A stretch of DNA of 64,000 nucleotides. It comes from Candidatus Multivorans sp. GTDB taxonomy: Bacteria > Acidobacteriota > Thermoanaerobaculia > Multivoradales > Multivoraceae. Location of the stretch: the NCBI GenBank assembly GCA_965224025.1, contig OZ245033.1, positions 4,608,001-4,672,000 of the forward strand. Direction: 5' to 3'. Under the pieces are notes generated by a model. That model did no database searches. It saw nothing but the letters and a program-made list of their open reading frames with translations, and was not told the origin of the DNA. Made by a program: the position numbers and the translations under genes. This document shows, piece after piece, positions 41,575 to 51,305 of this stretch (its first letter is position 1; each line of letters begins with the position of its first letter).

Positions 41575-41966
41575 CCTTCCGTGGACCGGCAGAAGCTGGC
41601 CGACCCCGTCGGCTACTTGCGTCAGAAACGCGACCAGCTCGTCGTGCTCGACGAGATTCAACGCACACCGCGTCTCTTCGAGGCGCTGCGCGGCATCATC
41701 GACGAGCGTATCCGCGGCGGCGAATCCGCAGGGCAGTTCCTTCTCCTCGGTTCGGCGTCGATGGACCTCCCAAGTCGCCAAAGGTCTACGTCCGCGATAG
41801 CGGCATCGTGGCGCCGTCCATTGGCCGCGGATTGCGGGTTGCGTTGGACGACCTCAAGCCGGACCGGGCGTTCACGCTGTACGGCGGCCAGGACCGGTAC
41901 CCGATGGGAAGCGGACTGGAGGCGATCGGTCTGCGAACGCTGGCCGAAGAACTGGCGTCCGCGTGA
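41575..41966 (+). pseudogene. Internally deleted AAA_14/DUF4143 ATPase remnant
   Basis: LVVLDEIQR.P.LF..LRGIID...FLLLGSAS (Walker B region) jumps with a frameshift to KSPKVYVRDSG, then to the C-terminal DLKPDRAFTLYGG..RYP. Confidence 0.75.
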
Positions 41967-42020
41967 ACCGCCCCATGCCTCAGCCTCGCTGGTAGAATAG
42001 GCGGCCCGACGGTAGCCGCC

Positions 42021-43547
42021 ATGGATTCCAGTCAAGCGCCGCCTTCTGTGCCCTGCAGGATCGGCTGGGAGTTCCCGGCGCCGGTCCCGGACGGGTACCG
42101 GTTCAACCACTTCCTCGAAGCCGCGAGCGGCCGCCTGCTCGCGCACGGGCTGGACCTGGCGGCCTTCTTCGAGCCCGGTCGTGCACCGGCATCCGGTCTG
42201 CCCGCGGAGGCAATGCCCTGTCCGCTCGAGATCGCCTTCCTGCCGAACATCCGCGCCCAGGTGACGGCGATGGAACGCTGCTTCCAGCGCGCAATCGACC
42301 TGGCCGGCTACCCCGCCCCCTTCCACTTCGCGTTCGCGTCGAAGGCGAACACCGCCGAGGAGATCGTCCGCTCGACGCTCGGCGCCGGCGCCCACCACGA
42401 GATGTCCTCGGATGTCGATGTCGAGATCGCGCGCCGCATGATTCGGGCCGGGCTGCTGCCGCCGGACAGGTTCGTGCTGGCGAACGGCTTCAAGGGGCCG
42501 GGCAGCGCATATGCTCGGAACCTGGTGGCGCTGCGGACCGAACACCGCCTTGTGATCCCTATTCTCGAGGACGCCGCCGAACTGGACGCCTTCACCGGCG
42601 GTGGCGTGGAGTTCGAGTTCGGCATCCGGCTCAAGCGGCCGACGGAAGAGGGCTGCGTCGCCGACCGAGACTCGCGCTTCGGCGTCGACGCCGCCGAGGC
42701 GCGGCGCCTCGCTGCCCGGATCGACCGTACGCCCGGCTCGCGTTTCGTCCTCCTGCACGCGATGTTCGGGTCGGCGGGCTACAGCGAGGAGGAGTTCGTC
42801 GATGCTCTCGAACCGGGCCTCGACCTCTACGCCCGTCTCGGCCGCGGCCATCCCCGCCTCCGCTGCTTCGACTTCGGCGGCGGAGTGCCCGGCAGAACCA
42901 CGCTCGACCACGACTTCGACTACGACCTCTTCGCGCGCCTCCTGCTCCGGAGGACGCTCGCGCGCTGCGCCGCCCACGGCACGAGCCCGCCGGCGTTGAT
43001 CGGCGAGTTCGGGCGCTACGCCGTGTCCGAGCACGCGGCGCACCTGTTCCGCGTCATCTCCGTCAAGGACAACGGCGCCGAGCTGCCCTGGTATTTGGTC
43101 GACGGGTCGATCATGACCTCCTTCCCCGACGCCTGGGCCCTCGGCGAGCACTTCATCTGCCTGCCGCTCAACCACCTCGACCTTCCCTTCCGCCGCGTGC
43201 GCCTGGGCGGCATCACCTGCGACCGGGACGACGTGTACCCGCCCCGCGGCAGCGCGGTTCCGCTCTTCCTGCCCGGCCTGGCCGCCGCCGAACTGGGCGA
43301 AACGCCGCTCTACCTGGGGTTCTTTTCCGTCGGCGCCTACCAGGAGATGCTCGGCGGCGTCCGCGGCAGCAAGCACTGTGTCCTGCCCGAGGCGACCGAG
43401 ATCCTGATCGATCGGGACGCCGATGGCGGCTTCGTCTGCGACATTCTCCCGGGCCACACGACCGAGGACGTGCTCCACAATCTGGGTTACGGGCGGACCG
43501 GGCGCGTCGGCGCGCCGCGCACCGCGGCGCGGGTGCCGCTGGCCTGA
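42021..43547 (+). CDS. PLP-dependent Orn/DAP/Arg decarboxylase, arginine decarboxylase-like
   Basis: FASKAN (PLP lysine), NGFK, SRFG, DFGGG, EFGRY, TCDRDD, GAYQEMLGG...HC. Confidence 0.85.
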   Translation: MDSSQAPPSVPCRIGWEFPAPVPDGYRFNHFLEAASGRLLAHGLDLAAFFEPGRAPASGLPAEAMPCPLEIAFLPNIRAQVTAMERCFQRAIDLAGYPAPFHFAFASKANTAEEIVRSTLGAGAHHEMSSDVDVEIARRMIRAGLLPPDRFVLANGFKGPGSAYARNLVALRTEHRLVIPILEDAAELDAFTGGGVEFEFGIRLKRPTEEGCVADRDSRFGVDAAEARRLAARIDRTPGSRFVLLHAMFGSAGYSEEEFVDALEPGLDLYARLGRGHPRLRCFDFGGGVPGRTTLDHDFDYDLFARLLLRRTLARCAAHGTSPPALIGEFGRYAVSEHAAHLFRVISVKDNGAELPWYLVDGSIMTSFPDAWALGEHFICLPLNHLDLPFRRVRLGGITCDRDDVYPPRGSAVPLFLPGLAAAELGETPLYLGFFSVGAYQEMLGGVRGSKHCVLPEATEILIDRDADGGFVCDILPGHTTEDVLHNLGYGRTGRVGAPRTAARVPLA

Positions 43548-43554
43548 GGGAATC

Positions 43555-45387
43555 GTGTCTCGAACCTGTTTGTCGCTTCCGGGAATCGGGCGTCCGATGC
43601 TGGCTTCAGTCGCCGGGGTCCTTGCCCTAGCCGCCGCGGCTCCGGGGAGCCTTGCAGCCGAGGATCCGAAGCTGATCTTCATCGACCGAGCGGCCGAACT
43701 GGGCGTCGACTTCACGCACCACAACGGGATGACGGGCAATCTGTACACTGCGGAGCACATGGGCGGGGCGGTCGCCCTCTTCGACAACGACAACGATGGC
43801 GACCTCGACCTCTACTTGGGCCAGGGCCACCTGCTGGCTCCTGCCGGTGACTCGGGCTCCTCATCGGCCGCCGGGGGCGCCAACGAATCAACGATGAGGG
43901 ACCGCCTGTTCCGCAACGATCTGGAAGGCGGCGTACTGCATTTCACCGACATCACCGAAGAAAGCGGTCTCGACGCACGGGGCTACGCCATGGGCGCCAC
44001 CGTCGGCGACATCGACAACGACGGAGATCCTGATCTCTACATTCTCAACCTGGGGCCGAACGAACTCTGGCGAAACGACTCGCAACCCGGCGTGCCTCGC
44101 TTCACCAACATCACGGCGGGAAGCCAGACTGCCGATCCGCGTTGGAGCGCGGCCGCGAGCTTCTTCGACCTCGACAACGACGGGCTGCTCGACCTCTTCG
44201 TCGGCAACTACGTCGAGTTCCGGATCGCGACGCACAAGCCCTGTTCCTCGGCCCAGGGAATCGTCGAGTACTGCGGACCGAACGCCTTCCGGGGCGAGGC
44301 AAACCGAGTACTGCTCAACCGGGGCGACGGCACGTTCACGGATTGGACCTCCCGACTCGGCATCGCCGACCTGATGGCCGGAACCCTCGGCACGGTGGCT
44401 ACGGACTTCAACGGCGACGGCTGGACGGACATCTACGTGGCCAATGACATGAAGCCGAACCGGCTGCTCCTGAACGAGGGCGGCACAGCCCTCGTCGACG
44501 ATGCCGTACCGGCCGGAGCTGCCGTAAACGGCTCCGGTGAGCCTGAGGCGAGCATGGGAATCGTGGCCCAGGACTTCAACGACGATGGTCTCATGGACCT
44601 GTTCATGACCCACGTCCTCCGCGAGACGAACACGCTGTACATCAACCTGGGAGATGGCATGTGGGAGGACGCCACGCGGGCCAGCGGCCTCGGTTCCCCC
44701 AGTTTCCGATACACCGGTTTCGGCGTCGCCGCCATCGACTACGACCTCGATGGCAACCTCGACCTCTACGTGGCAAACGGCGCCGTCATCCGTATCGAGG
44801 AACAGTTCCGGGCGGGCGATCCGTTCCCCCTGAGACAGCGAAACCAGCTCTTCCGGAGCCTGGGCGGCGGCCGCTTCGAGGAGATCGCCCACTTCGAGGA
44901 CCCAGGTACTCCGGAGGTCAGCCGCGGTGTTGCGCGGGGCGATCTGGACAACGACGGCGACCCGGACCTGGTCGTGGCAAACAACATGGCCGCGGCCTGG
45001 GTGCTGATCAACGAGGCCAAACCCTCGCCCAGCGAGTGGGTCGGAATCGACTTGCGGTCGCCCGGACCCGATCCAGCGGTAGGAGCCCCCCAGGACGACA
45101 AGGAGACGGTCTTCGGGCGGAGGCCGCTTGGTTCCCGCGTTGGGCTGAATCGTGACAGGCAGGGCGCCAGCGTGACTTGGCGGCGCTTCCACACGGACGG
45201 TTCCTACGCCGCGGGCAACGATCCACGGGTTCTGTTCTCTGTCGACGGCGCCGCGTCGCCGTCTGTCGTCGTCTCATGGCCGGACGGCGAGCGGGAGTCC
45301 TTCCTTCTCGATCAGGTCGGCCGTTACTTCACACTGGTCCGCGGTCGCGGAGAGCCGATCGAGGCCAGACCGAAACAGGCACGTTGA
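43555..45387 (+). CDS. CRTAC1-family FG-GAP/VCBS + ASPIC-UnbV secreted protein
   Basis: GTG start after GAGGG; signal peptide; repeated DxDNDGDxD Ca-binding loops, ASMG, SRG..GDLDNDGD.D, GSY...D.R. Confidence 0.9.
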   Translation: MSRTCLSLPGIGRPMLASVAGVLALAAAAPGSLAAEDPKLIFIDRAAELGVDFTHHNGMTGNLYTAEHMGGAVALFDNDNDGDLDLYLGQGHLLAPAGDSGSSSAAGGANESTMRDRLFRNDLEGGVLHFTDITEESGLDARGYAMGATVGDIDNDGDPDLYILNLGPNELWRNDSQPGVPRFTNITAGSQTADPRWSAAASFFDLDNDGLLDLFVGNYVEFRIATHKPCSSAQGIVEYCGPNAFRGEANRVLLNRGDGTFTDWTSRLGIADLMAGTLGTVATDFNGDGWTDIYVANDMKPNRLLLNEGGTALVDDAVPAGAAVNGSGEPEASMGIVAQDFNDDGLMDLFMTHVLRETNTLYINLGDGMWEDATRASGLGSPSFRYTGFGVAAIDYDLDGNLDLYVANGAVIRIEEQFRAGDPFPLRQRNQLFRSLGGGRFEEIAHFEDPGTPEVSRGVARGDLDNDGDPDLVVANNMAAAWVLINEAKPSPSEWVGIDLRSPGPDPAVGAPQDDKETVFGRRPLGSRVGLNRDRQGASVTWRRFHTDGSYAAGNDPRVLFSVDGAASPSVVVSWPDGERESFLLDQVGRYFTLVRGRGEPIEARPKQAR

Positions 45388-47372
45388 GCAAGGAGAGGCA
45401 ACGCTCCCTGGGGGTCCCCGCCGCCTTCGTGACGGCGGCGTTCGCGGCCGCGCAGCCGCTTGCCAGCCAGCCCTCGGCAGGTCAAGAGAACCTGGAAACC
45501 GTCCCCAGGCCTCGGACTGACCAGTACGAACAGGTCGTGCGGGACCAGATGGCGGCGGCGCACGACAACGTGAGCCGCCTTCGGAGCGACCCGGAGGCAC
45601 AGCGTGCGGAGCTGGCCGCCGCGTTCGGCCTGCTCGGCCAGCTCTACCTCCTGTACGACTTCCCGGAGCCAGCACGAGCCGCCGTGCAGAACGCGGAGAC
45701 GCTAGATGGGGATGATCCCCGCTGGCCCTACTACCTCGCCGATCTCGCCGCAGCCCAGGGCGACCACGGAGCAGCTGCCACAGCTTTGAATCGTGTCCTC
45801 TCTCTCGATTCGCGCAACATGGCCGCACTCGTTCGCCGCGGCAACGCCCTGTTCGAGTTGGGCCGCTTCGACGATGCGGAGAAGGACTATGCAAGCGTCC
45901 TCGACCGCGTTCCGGGGCAATCCGCGGCACTCTACGGTCTCGGTCGGATCAGCTACGAGCGCGACGAGTTCGATCAGGCGATCGGGCACTTCGAGGCAGC
46001 GATCTCCAACCAACCGGAAGGTTCCGTCATTCACCACCACCTTGGCCTGGCGCTCCGGCGTCTCGGCCGGCGCGATGAGGCGATTGCTCATCTTCAGCAG
46101 AACGAGCACCGGACCGTGGCGTTCCCCGACCCGCTCCGTGACTTGGTGGACCAGCTCAATGCCAGTTCCGAAGCGCACTACTTTCGGGGCACCTCCGCGC
46201 TCCGGCGCGGCGATGCGCGGGCCGCGCTGGATTCCTTCCTCCTCGCGCTCGAGGTCAAGCCGGAGAGTGCCCGGAACGTGTTCAGCGCGGGCCTGGCCCA
46301 GATCGAACTCGGGAACAAGCAGGCTGCCGAGGCGCGGATGCGGCAAGCGCTCGTGCTCGACCCGAACTACCGCGAGCCGCACTTCAACCTAGCCTTGATC
46401 ATGGCGGAACGCAACGACTACCGGGCTGCCGAGCTGCACTTCAGGCGTGCGACAGAGATCGATCCCTCCGATTTCGAGGCGTCGGCGCGGCGCGCGGACG
46501 CCCTGACGCGCCTGGGGCGGGTCGAGGAAGCGATCGAGGTCGCGAAACAAGTGCTGGAAGCGGAGCCGGCGATGCCGGTCGCCCTGCTCACGCTGGGTAC
46601 CGCGTACCACGCAGCCGGCAAAACGGAGCAGGCCCTGGCGACACTGCAGCAGGTCCTCGCGGCCGCGCCCGGAGCACCCCGGGAACGAGCGGAGGCCCAC
46701 TACCGCCTCGCTCTCATCGCGGGCGACAGCCCCGACTTGGCCGACAAGGACGCCCCGACAGGGGAAATCGACAGCGCGAGCGGAGAAGACAACCTACTGG
46801 CCCACGTGCAAAGCGCGGTTGGACTCGACCCCGACCTTACCGAGGCGCGTGCTCTTCTGGGCCGGTTGCTCGCACAACGCGGCCAGTACGCGGAAGCCGC
46901 CGGTCACTTCGCCCGCGCGATCTCCCGCGATCCGGAAAATGGCGGCTGGCATCGCGACCGCGCCATGGCCTTGATCCTGGGCCGTCGCTACGCTGCCGCG
47001 CGGGGCGCGCTGACAAGCGGAGTCGGCGCACTGGAGCGCTCGAATCCCGCATCCTCGGAAACGGCGGTCGGCCATCTGCGGATCCTGCTTTCACGGCTCC
47101 TGTCCACGTGCCCCGATCCGCAGATCCGCGACGGCCGGCAAGCCTTGGCGATTGCCCAGCGACTCATGGCCGACCGCCCCTCCCTCGAACACGCGGAGAC
47201 GATGGCGATGGCCCTGGCCGAGACACGCGACTTCGAACAGGCCACGAACATCCAACGGCAGGTACTGGCCGAGGTGGAGCGCCGCGGCGGTACACCCTCA
47301 GCCGGCCAACGGCAAAGGCTGCGGACCTACCTCGACGGCAGGCCCGCGCGCGAACCGTGGTTCACTCCCTGA
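45384..47372 (+). CDS. Secreted TPR protein
   Basis: TTGA overlap with the previous gene; multiple TPR helices; C-terminal LSTCPD..IRDG..AL..A. Confidence 0.85.
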   Translation: MSKERQRSLGVPAAFVTAAFAAAQPLASQPSAGQENLETVPRPRTDQYEQVVRDQMAAAHDNVSRLRSDPEAQRAELAAAFGLLGQLYLLYDFPEPARAAVQNAETLDGDDPRWPYYLADLAAAQGDHGAAATALNRVLSLDSRNMAALVRRGNALFELGRFDDAEKDYASVLDRVPGQSAALYGLGRISYERDEFDQAIGHFEAAISNQPEGSVIHHHLGLALRRLGRRDEAIAHLQQNEHRTVAFPDPLRDLVDQLNASSEAHYFRGTSALRRGDARAALDSFLLALEVKPESARNVFSAGLAQIELGNKQAAEARMRQALVLDPNYREPHFNLALIMAERNDYRAAELHFRRATEIDPSDFEASARRADALTRLGRVEEAIEVAKQVLEAEPAMPVALLTLGTAYHAAGKTEQALATLQQVLAAAPGAPRERAEAHYRLALIAGDSPDLADKDAPTGEIDSASGEDNLLAHVQSAVGLDPDLTEARALLGRLLAQRGQYAEAAGHFARAISRDPENGGWHRDRAMALILGRRYAAARGALTSGVGALERSNPASSETAVGHLRILLSRLLSTCPDPQIRDGRQALAIAQRLMADRPSLEHAETMAMALAETRDFEQATNIQRQVLAEVERRGGTPSAGQRQRLRTYLDGRPAREPWFTP

Positions 47373-49081
47373 CCGCCGTCCTGCTCGTGCTGGCGTTCGC
47401 CCCGCCCGCAGAGACGTCGCCCGATGGCGACAGCCTCCGCTTCATCGATGCGGCGGCGGAGTGGGGTGTCGACTTCCGGCACAACCACGGCGGTCGGGGC
47501 GACTTCTTCATGGTCGAGACGATGGGAAGCGGCGTCGTCGCCTTCGACTACGACGGCGACGGCGACGACGACCTGCTGTTTGTCGACAGCGGCCAACCCG
47601 AGCCCTACGGCGGAACTCCTGGGCGAACGACACTGCTGCGAAACGACCGCCTTGGGGAAGGCGGCAGGTTCCTGGACGTGACCGACGCCTCCGGCCTCCT
47701 GCTCGACAGCTACGGCATGGGCGCCGTCGCCGCCGACCTGGACGGCGACGGTGATGAGGACCTCTACCTCACGGCCTTCGGGCCGAACCGACTGCGGCTC
47801 AATCAGGGAGACGGCTCGTTTGGAGCCGCCCCAGCCGCGGATGCCGCCGCCGACCCCTCCTGGAGCGCCTCAGCGGCGTTTGGCGACCTCGATCTTGACG
47901 GCGACCTCGACCTCTATGTGGCGAACTACGTCGACTTCCACTACGACAACAACAAGATCTGCGGAGAGCCGCCGGGTGGGCGCCGTTCCTATTGCCACCC
48001 CGATGTCTACAACGGTCTTGAGGACCGCCTCTACCGCAATGACGGCGGCCACGGAAGCGTCGCCTTCGTCGACGCGACGGCTGATGCGGACCTCGCGGAT
48101 ATCGCCCGGGGCGCTGGTCTGGGGGTCGCGATCCTGGACCTGGACGGTGACCAGAGGCCCGACATCTACGTCGCGAACGACATGGACCCGAATCTCCATC
48201 TGATCAACCGTGGAGGGTCCGCGCTTCGCTTCGAGGACCAGGCGCTCCTGGCCGGCACCGCCACGTCCGATCGCGGCCAGGCCGAAGCCGGCATGGGAGT
48301 GGCGATTGGCGATATCGACGGCAACGGCTTCGATGATCTGATCATCACCCATCTCGACCGGCAGACCAACGCGCTGTACGCCAACCGTGGCGACGGTCTG
48401 TACCTCGATCGCCGGTACGCCGCCGGCATCGCCGAACCCTCCCTGCCCTGGGTCGGTTTCGGCGTCGCGCTGGCCGACTTCGACCTCGACGGCGACCTCG
48501 ATCTGGCGGTCGCGAACGGCCATGTCAGCCACAACTTCGACCGGGGCGCGACTCCCGGCGACGGCCTGACGCAACCCAACCAGCTCTTCGAAAACCGCGG
48601 CGGGCACTTCTCCCAGGTCCAGAACAGCGGCGTGTCCGGCGTGCGGACCAGCCGCGGCCTTGTCACCGCAGACTTCGACCTGGACGGCGATCTCGACATC
48701 GTGATCTCGAACTGCGACGGCCCCGCCGAGGTCTACAGGAACGAGACCACACCGCGCGGCAACGGACTGCAGGTCGACCTGGTCGACCGCGAATCGCCGA
48801 ACCGGCGCGCGATCGGCGGCGTCCTCGAACTGCGAACCTCGGGCACCGTCCAGCGGCGGGTCGTACGAACCGGTTCTTCCTACCTTTCGCAGAATTCCCT
48901 AACCCAAACCTTCGCTTTGCCGGAACTTGGCGACGGCGCGGGTGAAGGCGGCAAGTCCACTCCCGCCGTATCGACCGAGAGGCAAATCGCCGGCCCGCAA
49001 CTCGACGTGCGTTGGCCGGGGGGTGGACGTGTACGCCTCTTGGGCCTGTCCGGGGCCCGGCAGCTCCGGCTGGTTCGCTAG
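47357..49081 (+). CDS. Second CRTAC1-family FG-GAP + ASPIC-UnbV protein
   Basis: GTG start, signal peptide, ETMGSG, DYDGDGDDD, AGMG, SRG, GSSYLSQ. Confidence 0.9.
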   Translation: MVHSLTAVLLVLAFAPPAETSPDGDSLRFIDAAAEWGVDFRHNHGGRGDFFMVETMGSGVVAFDYDGDGDDDLLFVDSGQPEPYGGTPGRTTLLRNDRLGEGGRFLDVTDASGLLLDSYGMGAVAADLDGDGDEDLYLTAFGPNRLRLNQGDGSFGAAPAADAAADPSWSASAAFGDLDLDGDLDLYVANYVDFHYDNNKICGEPPGGRRSYCHPDVYNGLEDRLYRNDGGHGSVAFVDATADADLADIARGAGLGVAILDLDGDQRPDIYVANDMDPNLHLINRGGSALRFEDQALLAGTATSDRGQAEAGMGVAIGDIDGNGFDDLIITHLDRQTNALYANRGDGLYLDRRYAAGIAEPSLPWVGFGVALADFDLDGDLDLAVANGHVSHNFDRGATPGDGLTQPNQLFENRGGHFSQVQNSGVSGVRTSRGLVTADFDLDGDLDIVISNCDGPAEVYRNETTPRGNGLQVDLVDRESPNRRAIGGVLELRTSGTVQRRVVRTGSSYLSQNSLTQTFALPELGDGAGEGGKSTPAVSTERQIAGPQLDVRWPGGGRVRLLGLSGARQLRLVR

Positions 49082-49109
49082 CTCCTGCGGCGCTAGCATG
49101 CTGGCCACG

Positions 49110-51299
49110 ATGAACCGCCGCGCACGAACCGACTCGCACCGTCGAACCGCAATCCTGGCCTTACTGCTGGCCCTGCTGTTAGCACCGGAGGCGCCCGGCG
49201 CCCAGGACCTTCCCCAGCCCCTGGAGGACGCGATGGGCCGAGCCCAGAGCGGCGACCTCCTCGGCGCCATCGAGATCCTGGAGGCATTCCGTGCCGGCGG
49301 CGACGCGCCCGACGCCGCCTTCGCCGCTCTCGGCGCCCTTTACCTCGAAGCGAGAAACCCGCGGAGGGCGATCGAGGTGCTCCTGCCGCTTTCCCGGCGA
49401 CCGCGGCCCGATCCGGCCGTCCTCTTCAACACCGGCCGAGCGGCCGAAGCGCTGGGGCGTTTCACGGATGCGGTCGCCTTCTACCGGCGCTCCGTCACGA
49501 TCGACGACTTCTCGCCCGCCGTGCGCGCACTCGGCATGCTGCTCGGACGGCTCGGACGTCCCGAGGACTCGTACGAGTTCCTCAAGACCTGGCTCGAAGC
49601 GAACTCAAACGATTACACCGCCCGGATCGCGGCGGCAGCGGGCGCCGTGGACCTCGGGCTAGTGGACGAAGCGGCGTCGCTGATCGAGGGCCTGCCGCGC
49701 TACGCCCCCGCGATCCGACTGCTCCACGGACAGATCCTCCTTCGGCGCGACGATCCGTGGGGAGCTCTCGGCCAACTCCAACCTCTGGCCGAAGAGCCTC
49801 CGCCGGCTCTCGAACTCGACGTCCGGCGCAGCCTCGCCGACATCTGGCTGCAGGTCGGCGACCCCGACGCCGCGATCGGGCAGATGGAGTTGATCCCACC
49901 CGGCGCTCCCTCGGACACCCTCCAACTGGCAAGCGCCTACTTCCAGGCCGGCCGAACCGGGGACGCAATCGAAGCCCTGGCGCCACTGGCGGAGCCGCTG
50001 GTAGGCAGCCAACCACCGGACGATCCCGGATCGCTGGCGCTGAACGTGCTCATCGACTACGGCCGCTACCTGCAGTCGGCGGGCGACATCCGCCGGGCTC
50101 TGCCCTTCCTGCAACTTGCCACTGAGATCGGTCCGGACTTTCCCGAGGCGTTCGAGGCGCTCGCTGACGGCCTCGAAGCCGGCGGTCGGCCAGCCGAGGC
50201 GACCGCGGCCCGGGAGCGCTACGAAACGCTGACCGCCGCGCCGCAACCGAGCGTCACTCCCTTCGAACTCGCGGTCCGCCCCAACGATCCGGTCGCTCGA
50301 GGGATCCGCGAGGCACTGGAGCTGGCGTTCTCGGGCGAAGCCGACGCGGCTCTCGAACGGCTCGCCCGGCAGATCGTCCAGGCACCCGGCGATCCACGGC
50401 CCGCCTACGTCAGGTCATCGATCCTGCTTCAGAGTGGCCGCGCGGAAGAAGCTCTCGAAGCAGCCGACCGGGCCCTCGGGATCGCCCCCGGACGCGCCGA
50501 CGGCCTGTACCAGCGGGCGGTGGTCCTGATGGCGCTGCAACGTTTCGCGGAAGCCGAGGACATGTTTCGCGACGCCCTCGAAGTTGCTCCGGAACACCCG
50601 GCCGTGCTTTCGGACTACGCCGTGCTGCTGATCGGCACGGCGCGAAGCGACGAAGCCGCCGACCTGCTCACGCGGTTGGTCGAACAGAGGCCGAACGACT
50701 CACGCGTTCTCGCCATGTTTGGGCGTTCCCTTCTTGACGCCCGAAGATTCCAGGAGGCCGAAGAGCCGCTGCGACGGGCCGCCGGCCTCGATCCCCAGAA
50801 CGCCGCGATCCTCCTCGACCTCGCTTCAGCCCTCTGGGAAGAGAACCGGCCGGCAGAAGCGGAGCAGTGGGCCCGCGAAGCCACGGCGCTAGCGCCCGAC
50901 GCCTCGGCTGGACATAGACTGCTGGGAGCGCTTCTCCTCTGGCGAGGCGACTACCTGGAGGCCGCAGCATCTCTCGAGCAGGCCAGTACGAGGGAGAGGG
51001 AGGATCCCGAGCTGGCGCTCGAACTCGCCCGCGCCTGGGAGGGCGCCGCCGACCAGACCGAGGATGCCGCTGAAGAGCAGGCCCGCCTGAAGCGAGCCGA
51101 GACCGCTTACCGCCAAGCGGCGGCGTGGGCGCCCGAGCACGCGGAGGTCGCCTACGGTCTGGCCCAGGTTCTGCGCCGGCTCGGCCAGGACCAGGAGGCT
51201 TCCGCCCAGATGGACCGCTACCGTGAACTCTACGAGCAGGATCAGCGCCAAACCCGCGAACAGGGCCTCGGAGCCTCCGAGCCCGACGCCCACGAGTAG
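49110..51299 (+). CDS. Secreted TPR protein
   Basis: Signal peptide and extended TPR-like repeats; start is 49098 or 49110. Confidence 0.85.
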   Translation: MNRRARTDSHRRTAILALLLALLLAPEAPGAQDLPQPLEDAMGRAQSGDLLGAIEILEAFRAGGDAPDAAFAALGALYLEARNPRRAIEVLLPLSRRPRPDPAVLFNTGRAAEALGRFTDAVAFYRRSVTIDDFSPAVRALGMLLGRLGRPEDSYEFLKTWLEANSNDYTARIAAAAGAVDLGLVDEAASLIEGLPRYAPAIRLLHGQILLRRDDPWGALGQLQPLAEEPPPALELDVRRSLADIWLQVGDPDAAIGQMELIPPGAPSDTLQLASAYFQAGRTGDAIEALAPLAEPLVGSQPPDDPGSLALNVLIDYGRYLQSAGDIRRALPFLQLATEIGPDFPEAFEALADGLEAGGRPAEATAARERYETLTAAPQPSVTPFELAVRPNDPVARGIREALELAFSGEADAALERLARQIVQAPGDPRPAYVRSSILLQSGRAEEALEAADRALGIAPGRADGLYQRAVVLMALQRFAEAEDMFRDALEVAPEHPAVLSDYAVLLIGTARSDEAADLLTRLVEQRPNDSRVLAMFGRSLLDARRFQEAEEPLRRAAGLDPQNAAILLDLASALWEENRPAEAEQWAREATALAPDASAGHRLLGALLLWRGDYLEAAASLEQASTREREDPELALELARAWEGAADQTEDAAEEQARLKRAETAYRQAAAWAPEHAEVAYGLAQVLRRLGQDQEASAQMDRYRELYEQDQRQTREQGLGASEPDAHE

Positions 51300-51305
51300 A
51301 CACGA

